Shown here one piece after another: positions 37,076 through 45,898 of a stretch of 64,000 bases of DNA. The position numbers and the translations under genes are program-made. The notes under the pieces are model-generated. The model saw nothing but the letters and a program-made list of their open reading frames with translations, had not been told where the DNA came from and made no database searches. Source of the stretch: a virus (lineage: Duplodnaviria; Caudoviricetes). Location of the stretch: IMG/VR virus record IMGVR_UViG_3300033074_001783, positions 32,001 through 96,000 of that record. One strand, given 5' to 3'. The stretch's first letter is position 1; every line of letters starts with the position of its first letter.

Positions 37076-37096
37076 TGGAACCTAACCAATAGGAGA
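37076..37096. repeat. Dispersed repeat copy 3 (inverted 21-bp core)
   Basis: TGGAACCTAACCAATAGGAGA is the reverse complement of 6399-6419 and 19991-20011. Confidence 0.9.
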
Positions 37097-37783
37097 TCAT
37101 TGTTTCAAGGAACTGTAAAATTGGAATGCCATTCTTATCATCACTGAATCAAACATGCGATAAATTTCAGTATTTGTTTTTTGTAGTGTTTTCATGGTTT
37201 CTTCGTTTTTTTGAACAAGGGAAGAGAAGTTCACTGGTTGTTTGATGGCAAATGCATAGTTCAAATTTTCATCGTTTCCAAGGTTTGATTCATCGGAAAA
37301 AGAACCTTCAGATGGCATCTTTTTGATGTAGAATTCGTTTGCCCGATTAGTGAGATAATAAGCCCAAACTCTTCGTGCAAACTGAGACACATGTTTGCGA
37401 TCAGAGGATAAAAATTCTGGTGATATGGAACTCATTGCAATATCGTACATTGGAGGTCCATATCCTTTCAGGGCCGCGGCATAGCCAACATTCCAAGCAC
37501 CAAACTCAGCCAAGTTTTCGTTTTTGATTTCCATGTAACCAACAATCACTTGTGGAGCAGCTTGCCTTAGAGATTCTTTTTCTTTTGCTTTTGGGTTGTT
37601 TGTAACAAATTTCAACAGTGTTTCTGGTTTATAGAAAATGAAATCTCGGTTTGTGCCATCATCATCTACAAAAAGAGCAATTCCTTGTGATGCCAATGAA
37701 TCAACAGAAACAGCAGCTTCATCCAGCAACTCTTCCGACAAAACCGATTCTGTCAATGATTTTAAAAGCAAGGATGATTTCAT
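37097..37783 (-). CDS. GNAT-like paralog 7 of tandem array, with LxE leader
   Basis: EELLDEAA leader; W.V..AAALKGYGPPMYDIAMS; LSSDR..VS..ARRVW. Confidence 0.65.
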   Translation of the reverse strand: MKSSLLLKSLTESVLSEELLDEAAVSVDSLASQGIALFVDDDGTNRDFIFYKPETLLKFVTNNPKAKEKESLRQAAPQVIVGYMEIKNENLAEFGAWNVGYAAALKGYGPPMYDIAMSSISPEFLSSDRKHVSQFARRVWAYYLTNRANEFYIKKMPSEGSFSDESNLGNDENLNYAFAIKQPVNFSSLVQKNEETMKTLQKTNTEIYRMFDSVMIRMAFQFYSSLKQ

Positions 37784-38430
37784 GAAAAATAACGTCCTTC
37801 AAAATATTTCATTGCCAGTTCAACCAATTCTTCTTCTGCTAGTTTTGGTTCAGACAACTTCCTCATTGTTTGTTTGTTGTTTACAACAAGTTTACCAAAA
37901 TCTATTTTGTTTTTGATTGCGAACATGTAGTTCAAAGCTTTGTCATTTGGTTGCACGTCGTGCCAGCAAGCACCTTTTGGTGAAACTTGTTTGATCATGT
38001 AATCGTTTGCTCTTACGGTTAGCATGTAGTTCCAAACTTTTCTAGCTTGTTTACTTACGTTTTCTCTGTCTGCCGTTAGCAATTGTGGGCTTATGATACT
38101 CATTGCAATGTCGTACATCAAAGGACCATAGCCTTGCCTTGCTGCAATGGAGGAAACCACCCAACCACCACAAAGTTTTTCGTAAGAAGAAGTTATTGCC
38201 ATATAACCAACGACAACATATTCCGGTTCTATTGATTCTTGTTCATTCATCAAAGAAATAAATTCATTTGGCTCATACAAAACTATGAATTTGGTAGCTC
38301 CTCCGTCTTTTATCAACAAAGCATAACCTTCGTTGAGAGCATCACCAACTGATCTGGCTGCTTCATCCAGTATCTCTTCTTTGATTGTTTCTTCGGTTAA
38401 GAATTCAACAATTTGCTGTACACTCATCAT
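37780..38430 (-). CDS. GNAT-like paralog 6
   Basis: EEILDEAA; AARQGYGPLMYDIAMS; LTADRENVSKQARKVW. Confidence 0.65.
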   Translation of the reverse strand: MMSVQQIVEFLTEETIKEEILDEAARSVGDALNEGYALLIKDGGATKFIVLYEPNEFISLMNEQESIEPEYVVVGYMAITSSYEKLCGGWVVSSIAARQGYGPLMYDIAMSIISPQLLTADRENVSKQARKVWNYMLTVRANDYMIKQVSPKGACWHDVQPNDKALNYMFAIKNKIDFGKLVVNNKQTMRKLSEPKLAEEELVELAMKYFEGRYFS

Positions 38431-39080
38431 CCACCAATTTTCAATCCAAAGAATATGAAACCTGCATCTTGAATAAGCTCTGCAATGTTTTCTTCGTTCA
38501 ATCCATCGTCATTCACCATGTTTTGTATACATCTTTGGTGGTTCGCAATCAAAGGTTTGTAGTTGACCGGATCTTTGATTGCGAACGAGTATCTCATTGC
38601 AGCGTCACCGTTTTCATTTCCATGTTTGCAGTTTTGCCCGACGGGTTGAATGTTGTAATCATTTGCTCTTACAGTCAGCATGTAAGCCCAAACTCTTCGT
38701 GCAGACTCAGAGGTGTCTCTTCTGTCGGCCATTAAACTTTCCGGGGATATACGACTCATTGCCATGTCATACAACACAGGACCATAGCCACGTTCTGCAC
38801 CTGCCATTTTCGTAACCCAAGCATTGCAGTCGTCGTCTTTGGCCATGCTGAAATAGCCAACAATCGCGGCTTCAGCAACAGCCTCATACCCTTCGCTATA
38901 TTTCTCTCTCAACACGTCTGGTCTGTACAGGATGAATTTGCAGATTCCTCTACCGTAATCTTCCACTAGGAGTGCGATGTCCTCAAAATCCAAATCTGCA
39001 ATTTGTTTTGCAGCTTCGTCCAACAACTCTTCTGAAAGAACGTTCTCAGCAAGAGATCGTATTATCTTGTTTTTTTTCAT
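38427..39080 (-). CDS. GNAT-like paralog 5
   Basis: EELLDEAA; AERGYGPVLYDMAMS; LMADRRDTSESARRVW. Confidence 0.65.
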   Translation of the reverse strand: MKKNKIIRSLAENVLSEELLDEAAKQIADLDFEDIALLVEDYGRGICKFILYRPDVLREKYSEGYEAVAEAAIVGYFSMAKDDDCNAWVTKMAGAERGYGPVLYDMAMSRISPESLMADRRDTSESARRVWAYMLTVRANDYNIQPVGQNCKHGNENGDAAMRYSFAIKDPVNYKPLIANHQRCIQNMVNDDGLNEENIAELIQDAGFIFFGLKIGG

Positions 39081-39730
39081 TTTTCTCTTGTCCTGTACTT
39101 CTCGTTGAAGAATTCTGTTTCACTTGAGGTAATAATTTGCTGTAAGTCTTCAATCGGATACGAATATGTCTTCATTAAGTATTCAATTGTTTTGTTGTGA
39201 TTTTCAACAAGAGATTTGTAGTCAATCGGATTTTTGATTGCAAAGGCATGATTCAAAGCAGGTTCATTTTGATGGAGTGGAGCAGGAGATGGTTTCACCT
39301 CATACTCGTTCGCTCTTAAAGTTAGGTTGTGATTCCAGATTTTCTTTGCAGCCTTGGAAACAGATGACAAATCAGAACGCAAAAAATCAGGTTTGATGTA
39401 TGACATTAAAATATCATACATCAAAGGACCGTAACCTTGAACTGCCGCAGAACCAGTCACAATCCATGTGTGTTTGTAATTGTTGCTTTTTTTGGCTGCA
39501 ATCGTACCAATGGTCATCAAGAGTTTGTTGCTTCTTGAAGCAAACCCGTCTATAATCATGTTTTCAAGAATGTTGGGATCATACAAGGCAAATGTTGTCT
39601 CGTTGTTTTGTGAAATATACAAAGCAAGATGACTGGCATCTCCGATGGATTTGGCAACTTCGTCCAACAGTTCTTCCGACATTGCCTCTGAAATGATTTT
39701 GTCAACTATTTGGTTTAAATTTGATTTCAA
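39077..39730 (-). CDS. GNAT-like paralog 4
   Basis: EELLDEVA; AAVQGYGPLMYDILMS; LRSDLSSVSKAAKKIW; probable TTG start near 39730 (uncertain). Confidence 0.62.
   Translation of the reverse strand: MKSNLNQIVDKIISEAMSEELLDEVAKSIGDASHLALYISQNNETTFALYDPNILENMIIDGFASRSNKLLMTIGTIAAKKSNNYKHTWIVTGSAAVQGYGPLMYDILMSYIKPDFLRSDLSSVSKAAKKIWNHNLTLRANEYEVKPSPAPLHQNEPALNHAFAIKNPIDYKSLVENHNKTIEYLMKTYSYPIEDLQQIITSSETEFFNEKYRTREK
39217..39267. repeat. 51-bp exact direct repeat shared with 39839-39889
   Basis: tgtagtcaatcggatttttgattgcaaaggcatgattcaaagcaggttcat occurs in paralogs 4 and 3 (encodes EPALNHAFAIKNPIDY). Confidence 0.9.
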
Positions 39731-40343
39731 AATATTTATTGCCCCCTCTCTCAATTGCGTGCAAAACTGTTGGTGTTTTCACATTGTATATTCTGTCTAA
39801 CATCGCTACAGTTTTTACATGGTTTGTTAACAGCTTGCTGTAGTCAATCGGATTTTTGATTGCAAAGGCATGATTCAAAGCAGGTTCATCCCTGTTGTCA
39901 GAAATTTGTTTAATGATAAAATCGTTTGGTCTTACGGTCAACATGTAGTTCCAAACTTTTCTAGCAGAACTTGAAACACTGCTTCTATCTGAAGTAAGAT
40001 AACCCGGCGAAACAGCCGACATGGTGATGTCGTAAAGTAAAGGTCCAAATCCTTTTTCCGCTGCTGAACCACCTATTACCCAAGCGTCCAGAGTGTTTTT
40101 AAACTCCGCATACATTGTCGCAACAATTATGTTGCTCAATCCTTTATCTGAGTAGTCATTGTTTTCAACGAGGTCTTCCAACTCTTTGGGGCTGTACAGA
40201 TCAATATAAATTTCCGTGTTGTTTTTCTTGACACAAAGTGCCAAACCTTCTTGAATAGCGGAACCAATGTCTACGGCTGCTTCATCAAGAAATTCTTCAT
40301 CTAGTGTTTGTTCCGTAAGTGTACGAATTATGTTATTTGTCAT
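39702..40343 (-). CDS. GNAT-like paralog 3
   Basis: EEFLDEAA; AAEKGFGPLLYDITMS; LTSDRSSVSSSARKVW. Confidence 0.65.
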   Translation of the reverse strand: MTNNIIRTLTEQTLDEEFLDEAAVDIGSAIQEGLALCVKKNNTEIYIDLYSPKELEDLVENNDYSDKGLSNIIVATMYAEFKNTLDAWVIGGSAAEKGFGPLLYDITMSAVSPGYLTSDRSSVSSSARKVWNYMLTVRPNDFIIKQISDNRDEPALNHAFAIKNPIDYSKLLTNHVKTVAMLDRIYNVKTPTVLHAIERGGNKYFEIKFKPNS

Positions 40344-40957
40344 GTTTCACCTGACATTACGGTAAAAAAATGATCTCCCGAATTAAGCAGCGTTCTTGTG
40401 GCATTTGTGTTTTTCATTTTTTTCATCAATGATTCATGTCTTGCCACAAGAGAAGAAAAATCAATCGGATTTTTGATTGAAAATACACGTTTTAATTCTT
40501 CTTCTTGGTAACCAGCTAAACATTTGTTACCTTGTAGTTTTTTGGTGTTGAAATCGTGTGCCCTAACAGTCAACATGTAAGCCCAAACTCTTCTAGCTTG
40601 TAGTGATACAGAGTTCCTATCGGCTCCAAGATAATCAGGTGCGATAGCACTCATCGCAATATCATACATCAAAGGACCGTAACCTTTTAATGCTGCGGAA
40701 TATTGAACAAACCAAACATCACAGTTTTGATTATAAGTGATATTTATAAATCCTACAATTGAATCTGTTAAAAGTTGGGTGCCAGATTTGAAAGACCAAG
40801 CAAATACCTCTGGTCTATAAAGAACAAACTGTTTCCCCAGACCATCTTTATGATACAGCAAAGCCAATTTTTCTTGGTCTGATTGCTGAATGGTTTTTGC
40901 TGCTTCGTCAAGAATTTCTTCCGACAACACATTTTCTATGAGTTGATTTAATTTCAT
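40340..40957 (-). CDS. GNAT-like paralog 2
   Basis: EEILDEAA; AALKGYGPLMYDIAMS; LGADRNSVSLQARRVW. Confidence 0.65.
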   Translation of the reverse strand: MKLNQLIENVLSEEILDEAAKTIQQSDQEKLALLYHKDGLGKQFVLYRPEVFAWSFKSGTQLLTDSIVGFINITYNQNCDVWFVQYSAALKGYGPLMYDIAMSAIAPDYLGADRNSVSLQARRVWAYMLTVRAHDFNTKKLQGNKCLAGYQEEELKRVFSIKNPIDFSSLVARHESLMKKMKNTNATRTLLNSGDHFFTVMSGET

Positions 40958-41595
40958 GACCACCTTCTGTTGAACTCTTCTTCCGCAGCACCTTCCAAGG
41001 TCATCGCGTATTGGTCCTCAATGTACATATCCTCCGCTTTTTTAAGCCAATCAAGATGAGTGTAAAGAAGAGGTTTGTAATCAATCGGATTTTTGATTGA
41101 GAAGGCATAGTTGAGAAAATCTGGTTTTCCCAAACCGTTTTTGTCGTAAAAACTACAACCGGCGGGTTTGATGTTGTAATCATTAGAACGCACGGTAAAC
41201 ATGTAGTTCCAAATTTTCCTAGCAGATGCAGATACACGTCTTCTGTCCGAGATAAGAAATTCTGGAGCGATGTAAGACATGGCCAAATCATACATCAAAG
41301 GGCCATATCCTTTTTGTGCAACCGTTGTTGTGATTTCCCATGCACCACACTCGCTTACATCCGTTTCAAAAAATATACTTCCAACAACAAGTTCTGTGCT
41401 GCTTACGCTCTCACGTTGTTGAATTCTTGGAATTATCAATTTTGGTTCGTAAAGGATCATTCTGATGGATTCATTCTGATCATCAACATACAAAGCCAAA
41501 CCGTTGTTTATTGCGTCTTGTGCCGAAGACGCAGCTTCGTCCAACAACTCTTCTTGTAGAGTTCGTTCAACAAGCAGATCTAAAAGTGGTTGCAT
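40954..41595 (-). CDS. GNAT-like paralog 1 (first in operon)
   Basis: EELLDEAA; VAQKGYGPLMYDLAMS; LISDRRRVSASARKIW; GTATTTA 5 nt upstream. Confidence 0.65.
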   Translation of the reverse strand: MQPLLDLLVERTLQEELLDEAASSAQDAINNGLALYVDDQNESIRMILYEPKLIIPRIQQRESVSSTELVVGSIFFETDVSECGAWEITTTVAQKGYGPLMYDLAMSYIAPEFLISDRRRVSASARKIWNYMFTVRSNDYNIKPAGCSFYDKNGLGKPDFLNYAFSIKNPIDYKPLLYTHLDWLKKAEDMYIEDQYAMTLEGAAEEEFNRRWS

Positions 41596-41610
41596 GTTCT
41601 TAAATACCGT

Positions 41611-43971
41611 TCAGAAATCAAGACGCGTTTTAAACATGATTCTGTCGGTTGTTCTCAACACAATAGGCTGTGCCAAAGAAGTACGCATGATGACATTCAA
41701 GTTGTCATCATGAATGTTGATTCCGGTTATGTAAGAAAAACGTTTGTCTACATCTGTGTCCAACACAGATGCGCTAACTGGCATGTAACTTGGGTTTGAA
41801 GAAGAGACGTGCTCATAGGGGTTTGCCAACAAACTAAAATGCAACACATGAATGTTTCTGTCCCCTTGGAAATCAATGGAAAATTCTTCTTTGCCAAAGA
41901 AATATGTTTGTGGGTGTTTCAGAACAACAATTCCTTCATTGTAGAAGATGTTTCCAACAGATGCCCAAGTTGCGTGTGAACCAGTGGAATCTGCCCTGTA
42001 CAAATTACCTTCTCCGTCATCTCTGATGGTCATTCTTACTTTACCGCCAGAGCCGGATAGATTTGAATCTGTCAAAACAAAAGAGCGAGGTTTGATTCTG
42101 TCTCCATAATAAAGGTTGCTTATGTCAAAGAAAACGGTTTGATTGGATGAATCATCTCTTGTTCTTTGAAGTATGGTATATGTCTCTCCGACTGGAAGTG
42201 TCAAGGCACTTGGCCCCGCCCCTTGCAAGTTTGACACTATTGAACCTGTTAATGTATCTTCAGCCATTCCTTTGGACAAGCTTCCGGTTGGAATGACATG
42301 CCGCAAAGATACATTCCCAATATCTTGGTTGCCAAGATCATTTACAAACTGACTTTTATTTAAAGGCCCCAAGAAGCCGCTGAAGTTTGGATAGAAAGTT
42401 CCGTTGTCGCATGGCAGCACAGTTAAACTGCGCTTTCTTACAGAAGAGGTTGCATAGAGAATTTCATTGGCCGTTTGTGGAATGTCGGAAGTTGTACTAA
42501 TAACAGAACCAGACAACTCCCAAAGTCTTGGGTAAGCGCCATTCACGAATTCTCTTGTGTAGTTTTCAAGGTTCGTGTAATGACCTCCAACCGAGAAAGC
42601 CATCCCAACAGCAAATGGCATATCTGTGGTGCCATCATAAGTGTAGAAAGGTGTTTCCAACACACCTCCTGAACCGTTGTAATAGGTTCTGGTGGGTGAT
42701 TCTTTTGTGAAAAAAGGTGGCAGATAAAACAACAGCCCATTTTGGTTTTTTGGACCAGATACCCTTAAATCTGCTATTTCGTCTAATGTTAAATATTTGC
42801 TGTAGATTTTCAAATCATGGATTTCGGCATTTAACGGATGAGCAAACCTATAACCCAAAGGAGCAAATCCAGAATCAACAATTAGTTCTTGCAATCCTTC
42901 TCTGGTGCTTGTATCTGTGCTAAAAAAATAAGCCATGCTAGCACTACCAGCATTCAATCCTTCATAGTAGTTGCCAACGCACAAAACACATGGATCGTCT
43001 TTCGTGGGGGAAAATGTGCGTGGTATTATGGAAGCAGAAGGAATCGCAAAACTGCCAACCTCTTCATCATCAACTACAAAAGAACCAGAACCCAAGTTGT
43101 ATTCAAGCGAGCCCCAACGAATTGTTACATGATGCCAGTTATTCTTTATCAGACAATTGTCATTGGAGGCGAAAGCAAACTGTGGAAGACCACCAATAGA
43201 GAGAGAAGAGGGGCTAGAATCTGCACTGTTTGATAGTTGTAATAAAAGTCTGAATTTATCAGGTTTGCCAGAGCCGTCTTTTGATGAGCCGGTCACAAGA
43301 GAAACTGCATAACAAGAGGAGAGATGCAATATGGTTCCCGCGTGAAAATGGGAAACATCTTCATCTGAACTGTATTTCGGATTGATCCAAAAATCAAACG
43401 AAAAAGCACCAGACGGTATGTAGGGACCAGATATTGTACCATCCACTGAAGATGTGATTGGATTGGCATACAAAAGAGAACTGCCGGTTGGTACAAAAGA
43501 ACTGGTAAAAAAATTCAAAGAGTGATAATTGGTAAAGCCATAATGGGCATTTGGGTAACTTGTTCTGTAGTAGGGATACAAAGAGTTTAAAATAGAAGAT
43601 TTACGCAATGCGTCTTGGTCCAAAGAAACCCCCGGCGTAAATCTTATGACATCCACCTGTTGTTGCAACCTTGCAGAAATCTGCTGATTGTTTAGTGCAG
43701 ACAAGTAGTCGGTAATGTGCATCTGGTTGCTGCCACTGATGTCTGATGCATTTTTAGCGGAGCGCAACAGTTGGTTGAGATCAAGATCATGGAAAAAAGA
43801 ACTTGAATATATGGCCAAAGGGACGACTTCTTTTTCTCTTGGAGATCTCCTTGGAAATACATTTAGTTTTCCTGTGGAATTGCCAAAAGAACTAGAAACG
43901 TAATGTCTGGTGGGGTGTGTTTGCAGAGAAAATGTTTCTACATCTTCTGGCAGAATGCGTTTTATTGCCAT
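41611..43971 (-). CDS. Baseplate/tail structural protein with LamG-like domain
   Basis: FSFDFWINP, WHHVTIRW, IHDLKIY; C-terminal SSNP..ITGINIHDD...LAQPI...KTRLDF. Confidence 0.6.
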   Translation of the reverse strand: MAIKRILPEDVETFSLQTHPTRHYVSSSFGNSTGKLNVFPRRSPREKEVVPLAIYSSSFFHDLDLNQLLRSAKNASDISGSNQMHITDYLSALNNQQISARLQQQVDVIRFTPGVSLDQDALRKSSILNSLYPYYRTSYPNAHYGFTNYHSLNFFTSSFVPTGSSLLYANPITSSVDGTISGPYIPSGAFSFDFWINPKYSSDEDVSHFHAGTILHLSSCYAVSLVTGSSKDGSGKPDKFRLLLQLSNSADSSPSSLSIGGLPQFAFASNDNCLIKNNWHHVTIRWGSLEYNLGSGSFVVDDEEVGSFAIPSASIIPRTFSPTKDDPCVLCVGNYYEGLNAGSASMAYFFSTDTSTREGLQELIVDSGFAPLGYRFAHPLNAEIHDLKIYSKYLTLDEIADLRVSGPKNQNGLLFYLPPFFTKESPTRTYYNGSGGVLETPFYTYDGTTDMPFAVGMAFSVGGHYTNLENYTREFVNGAYPRLWELSGSVISTTSDIPQTANEILYATSSVRKRSLTVLPCDNGTFYPNFSGFLGPLNKSQFVNDLGNQDIGNVSLRHVIPTGSLSKGMAEDTLTGSIVSNLQGAGPSALTLPVGETYTILQRTRDDSSNQTVFFDISNLYYGDRIKPRSFVLTDSNLSGSGGKVRMTIRDDGEGNLYRADSTGSHATWASVGNIFYNEGIVVLKHPQTYFFGKEEFSIDFQGDRNIHVLHFSLLANPYEHVSSSNPSYMPVSASVLDTDVDKRFSYITGINIHDDNLNVIMRTSLAQPIVLRTTDRIMFKTRLDF

Positions 43972-44019
43972 ACTTGCAGATTAAGTAGTTTCTGACAAAT
44001 AAGGCAGAAGTTTAGGGAA

Positions 44020-45159
44020 TCAGAAATCTTGTCTGACTTTAATTGTGAAGCTACGCTGAGAGTCTTTCAAAGCAGGTCTTGATAGCTTGGCAACCCACAG
44101 AGTGTTCCCTTGGGCATCACATCCAGCAATTGAAGTGACAAAAGTAAAAGCTCTTTGCGAGTCTTCTTGACCGGGGTCTATGACAACAATTCTGTTGTTG
44201 TCATCCGTGTAGGTTGGATTAGACGAGTAGTTGTATTCGTCTGGCAAAAACCTACAAAAATAAATGGTACTGTTCAAAACGGTTTCACTTTGAAGCCCTA
44301 TTGCTGTTGAGGTGCTGTTTGAAAAATGGACAGAACACACATGATCAAGGATGTCATCAACTGAAGCTGAAACAAAAAACTGGTTTATTGTGCCGTTAAA
44401 TGTTTGTGTTCCTGAAGCGTTGACAGCTTGAATAGAACCAGAAAACGATTGAGAAACGGCAAAAATTCTTTGGCTATCAAGAACTGCCAATCCGCGATCA
44501 AGATAGAAAAGACCGACTGGATAAGAAGTGTTGGCGCTGTCAACAATTGTGCTGACTTGTCCGCCAAATGAAAATTCTTTGTTCGCAGAGGATCCGACAT
44601 CTGTGTAGATTTTTGATCCTTGTGGTGGACCATTGATGTGAGCGGCTGATTGATAAAAATGTATTCCTAACGTTTCTCGTTTGATACGGTCTCTACCCAA
44701 CAGACGCTTGACACCAAGAAACAATGGTTCACGAATGTAGTTTGTTGTACTTCCGCTCACCAAAGTAAATTCTCTATTGGCATTACCCAACAACTGTTGA
44801 GCCATTTGCCTGTAAAGATCCATTTTTTCTCTCATCATCACCGACTGAGATGGGAAATAGGATTTTCCGGTTGTGCTGTCAAGGTAAGTTCTTGAGCCAG
44901 AAACCAAACTGCTGTTTGGTGAAATTCCGAAAGATATGTCCATAATGGCATTGGCAGTTTGTAAAGTGAAATCTTGGTCAAAAACTGTGTGCCACAAAGA
45001 GGATGTAATCCCCGGTCCCAATCCACCTGATACGAAATGCTGATACTTTTTTCTTGTTGTGCTGCCAGAAATATCATTTTGCAAAAAGTCTATTGCCTGA
45101 TCAAGAACATCTCTGTCCGTTTTGATTTCATCTGGTGCGAATTCGTGGAATATTCCCAT
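44020..45159 (-). CDS. Baseplate/tail structural protein
   Basis: C-terminal YNYSSNPTY...VTSI...VAKLSRP..K...IKVRQDF, homologous to the C-terminus of 41611-43971. Confidence 0.6.
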   Translation of the reverse strand: MGIFHEFAPDEIKTDRDVLDQAIDFLQNDISGSTTRKKYQHFVSGGLGPGITSSLWHTVFDQDFTLQTANAIMDISFGISPNSSLVSGSRTYLDSTTGKSYFPSQSVMMREKMDLYRQMAQQLLGNANREFTLVSGSTTNYIREPLFLGVKRLLGRDRIKRETLGIHFYQSAAHINGPPQGSKIYTDVGSSANKEFSFGGQVSTIVDSANTSYPVGLFYLDRGLAVLDSQRIFAVSQSFSGSIQAVNASGTQTFNGTINQFFVSASVDDILDHVCSVHFSNSTSTAIGLQSETVLNSTIYFCRFLPDEYNYSSNPTYTDDNNRIVVIDPGQEDSQRAFTFVTSIAGCDAQGNTLWVAKLSRPALKDSQRSFTIKVRQDF

Positions 45160-45173
45160 TTTCTTTTCTTTTC

Positions 45174-45887
45174 TTAGTTTGTTTTTGTTATTTGAACTTC
45201 AAACTCAAGTACAGACCCCGATTGCAAACCTGAGACGCGAACAAATGTACTAATCAGACTTTTGTTATTTCTTGCCCCGTATACTTGAAACTGTGATTCT
45301 GATATGGCTTTAGTTGCAATGGTGAACGTGAGTCTTGAACCTCCCACAGAAGTTTCGCCGGGATCTCTTGGCAGAGTGTATGTGGCCCTTTGATTGCCGT
45401 CTATGTTGTCAGGAGCCAGACCTTGTATCTGCAAAAATTGATTACTTAACTCAACAACAAAACCTTGATCTCTAAGTTCTACATCTATGGATGTTTCATT
45501 CAAAATATCTTGATAGACAGAGATGGTTCTACGTTTTACTGTTGTGTTACCAATTGATACTATTTTAGTTGACGAATCAACTCCTTCACCATTCATAGAA
45601 ATAACTGGAAGTCTTACCAAATTTGGGTTTGACACAGAAACCAAATGATATTTTTGAGCAAACTGTTGATTTGTAATTGCTTCAAAAACAGGGGTATTTC
45701 TTTCTATTTTGGCTTTTCCAAGCGTTCTGCCAAATTTCTGTATAAGGGTGTAATCCACTTCATCGTCAGCGGGCACCCATTTCACAACAGAAAAGCTTCC
45801 GTCATTTCTTGCAATGTACTGTCTTCCAAGATCTGTCAACACAGCATCCACGAGAACAGAATTTGTATCATTTTGTAAATAACCCAT
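45174..45887 (-). CDS. Baseplate structural protein
   Basis: MGYL...DAVLTDLGRQ.IA...DDEVDY motif. Confidence 0.55.
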   Translation of the reverse strand: MGYLQNDTNSVLVDAVLTDLGRQYIARNDGSFSVVKWVPADDEVDYTLIQKFGRTLGKAKIERNTPVFEAITNQQFAQKYHLVSVSNPNLVRLPVISMNGEGVDSSTKIVSIGNTTVKRRTISVYQDILNETSIDVELRDQGFVVELSNQFLQIQGLAPDNIDGNQRATYTLPRDPGETSVGGSRLTFTIATKAISESQFQVYGARNNKSLISTFVRVSGLQSGSVLEFEVQITKTN

Positions 45888-45898
45888 GTTTTTCTTTC

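Noticed and set aside
6396-37096. Dispersed repeat as a CRISPR repeat or mini-array
   Set aside because: Copies are 13-17 kb apart and one is inverted; there is no spacer periodicity and no cas gene
39217-39889. 51-bp duplication as a diversity-generating retroelement TR/VR pair
   Set aside because: The copies are identical with no adenine-specific mismatches, both are coding, and no reverse transcriptase is in the window
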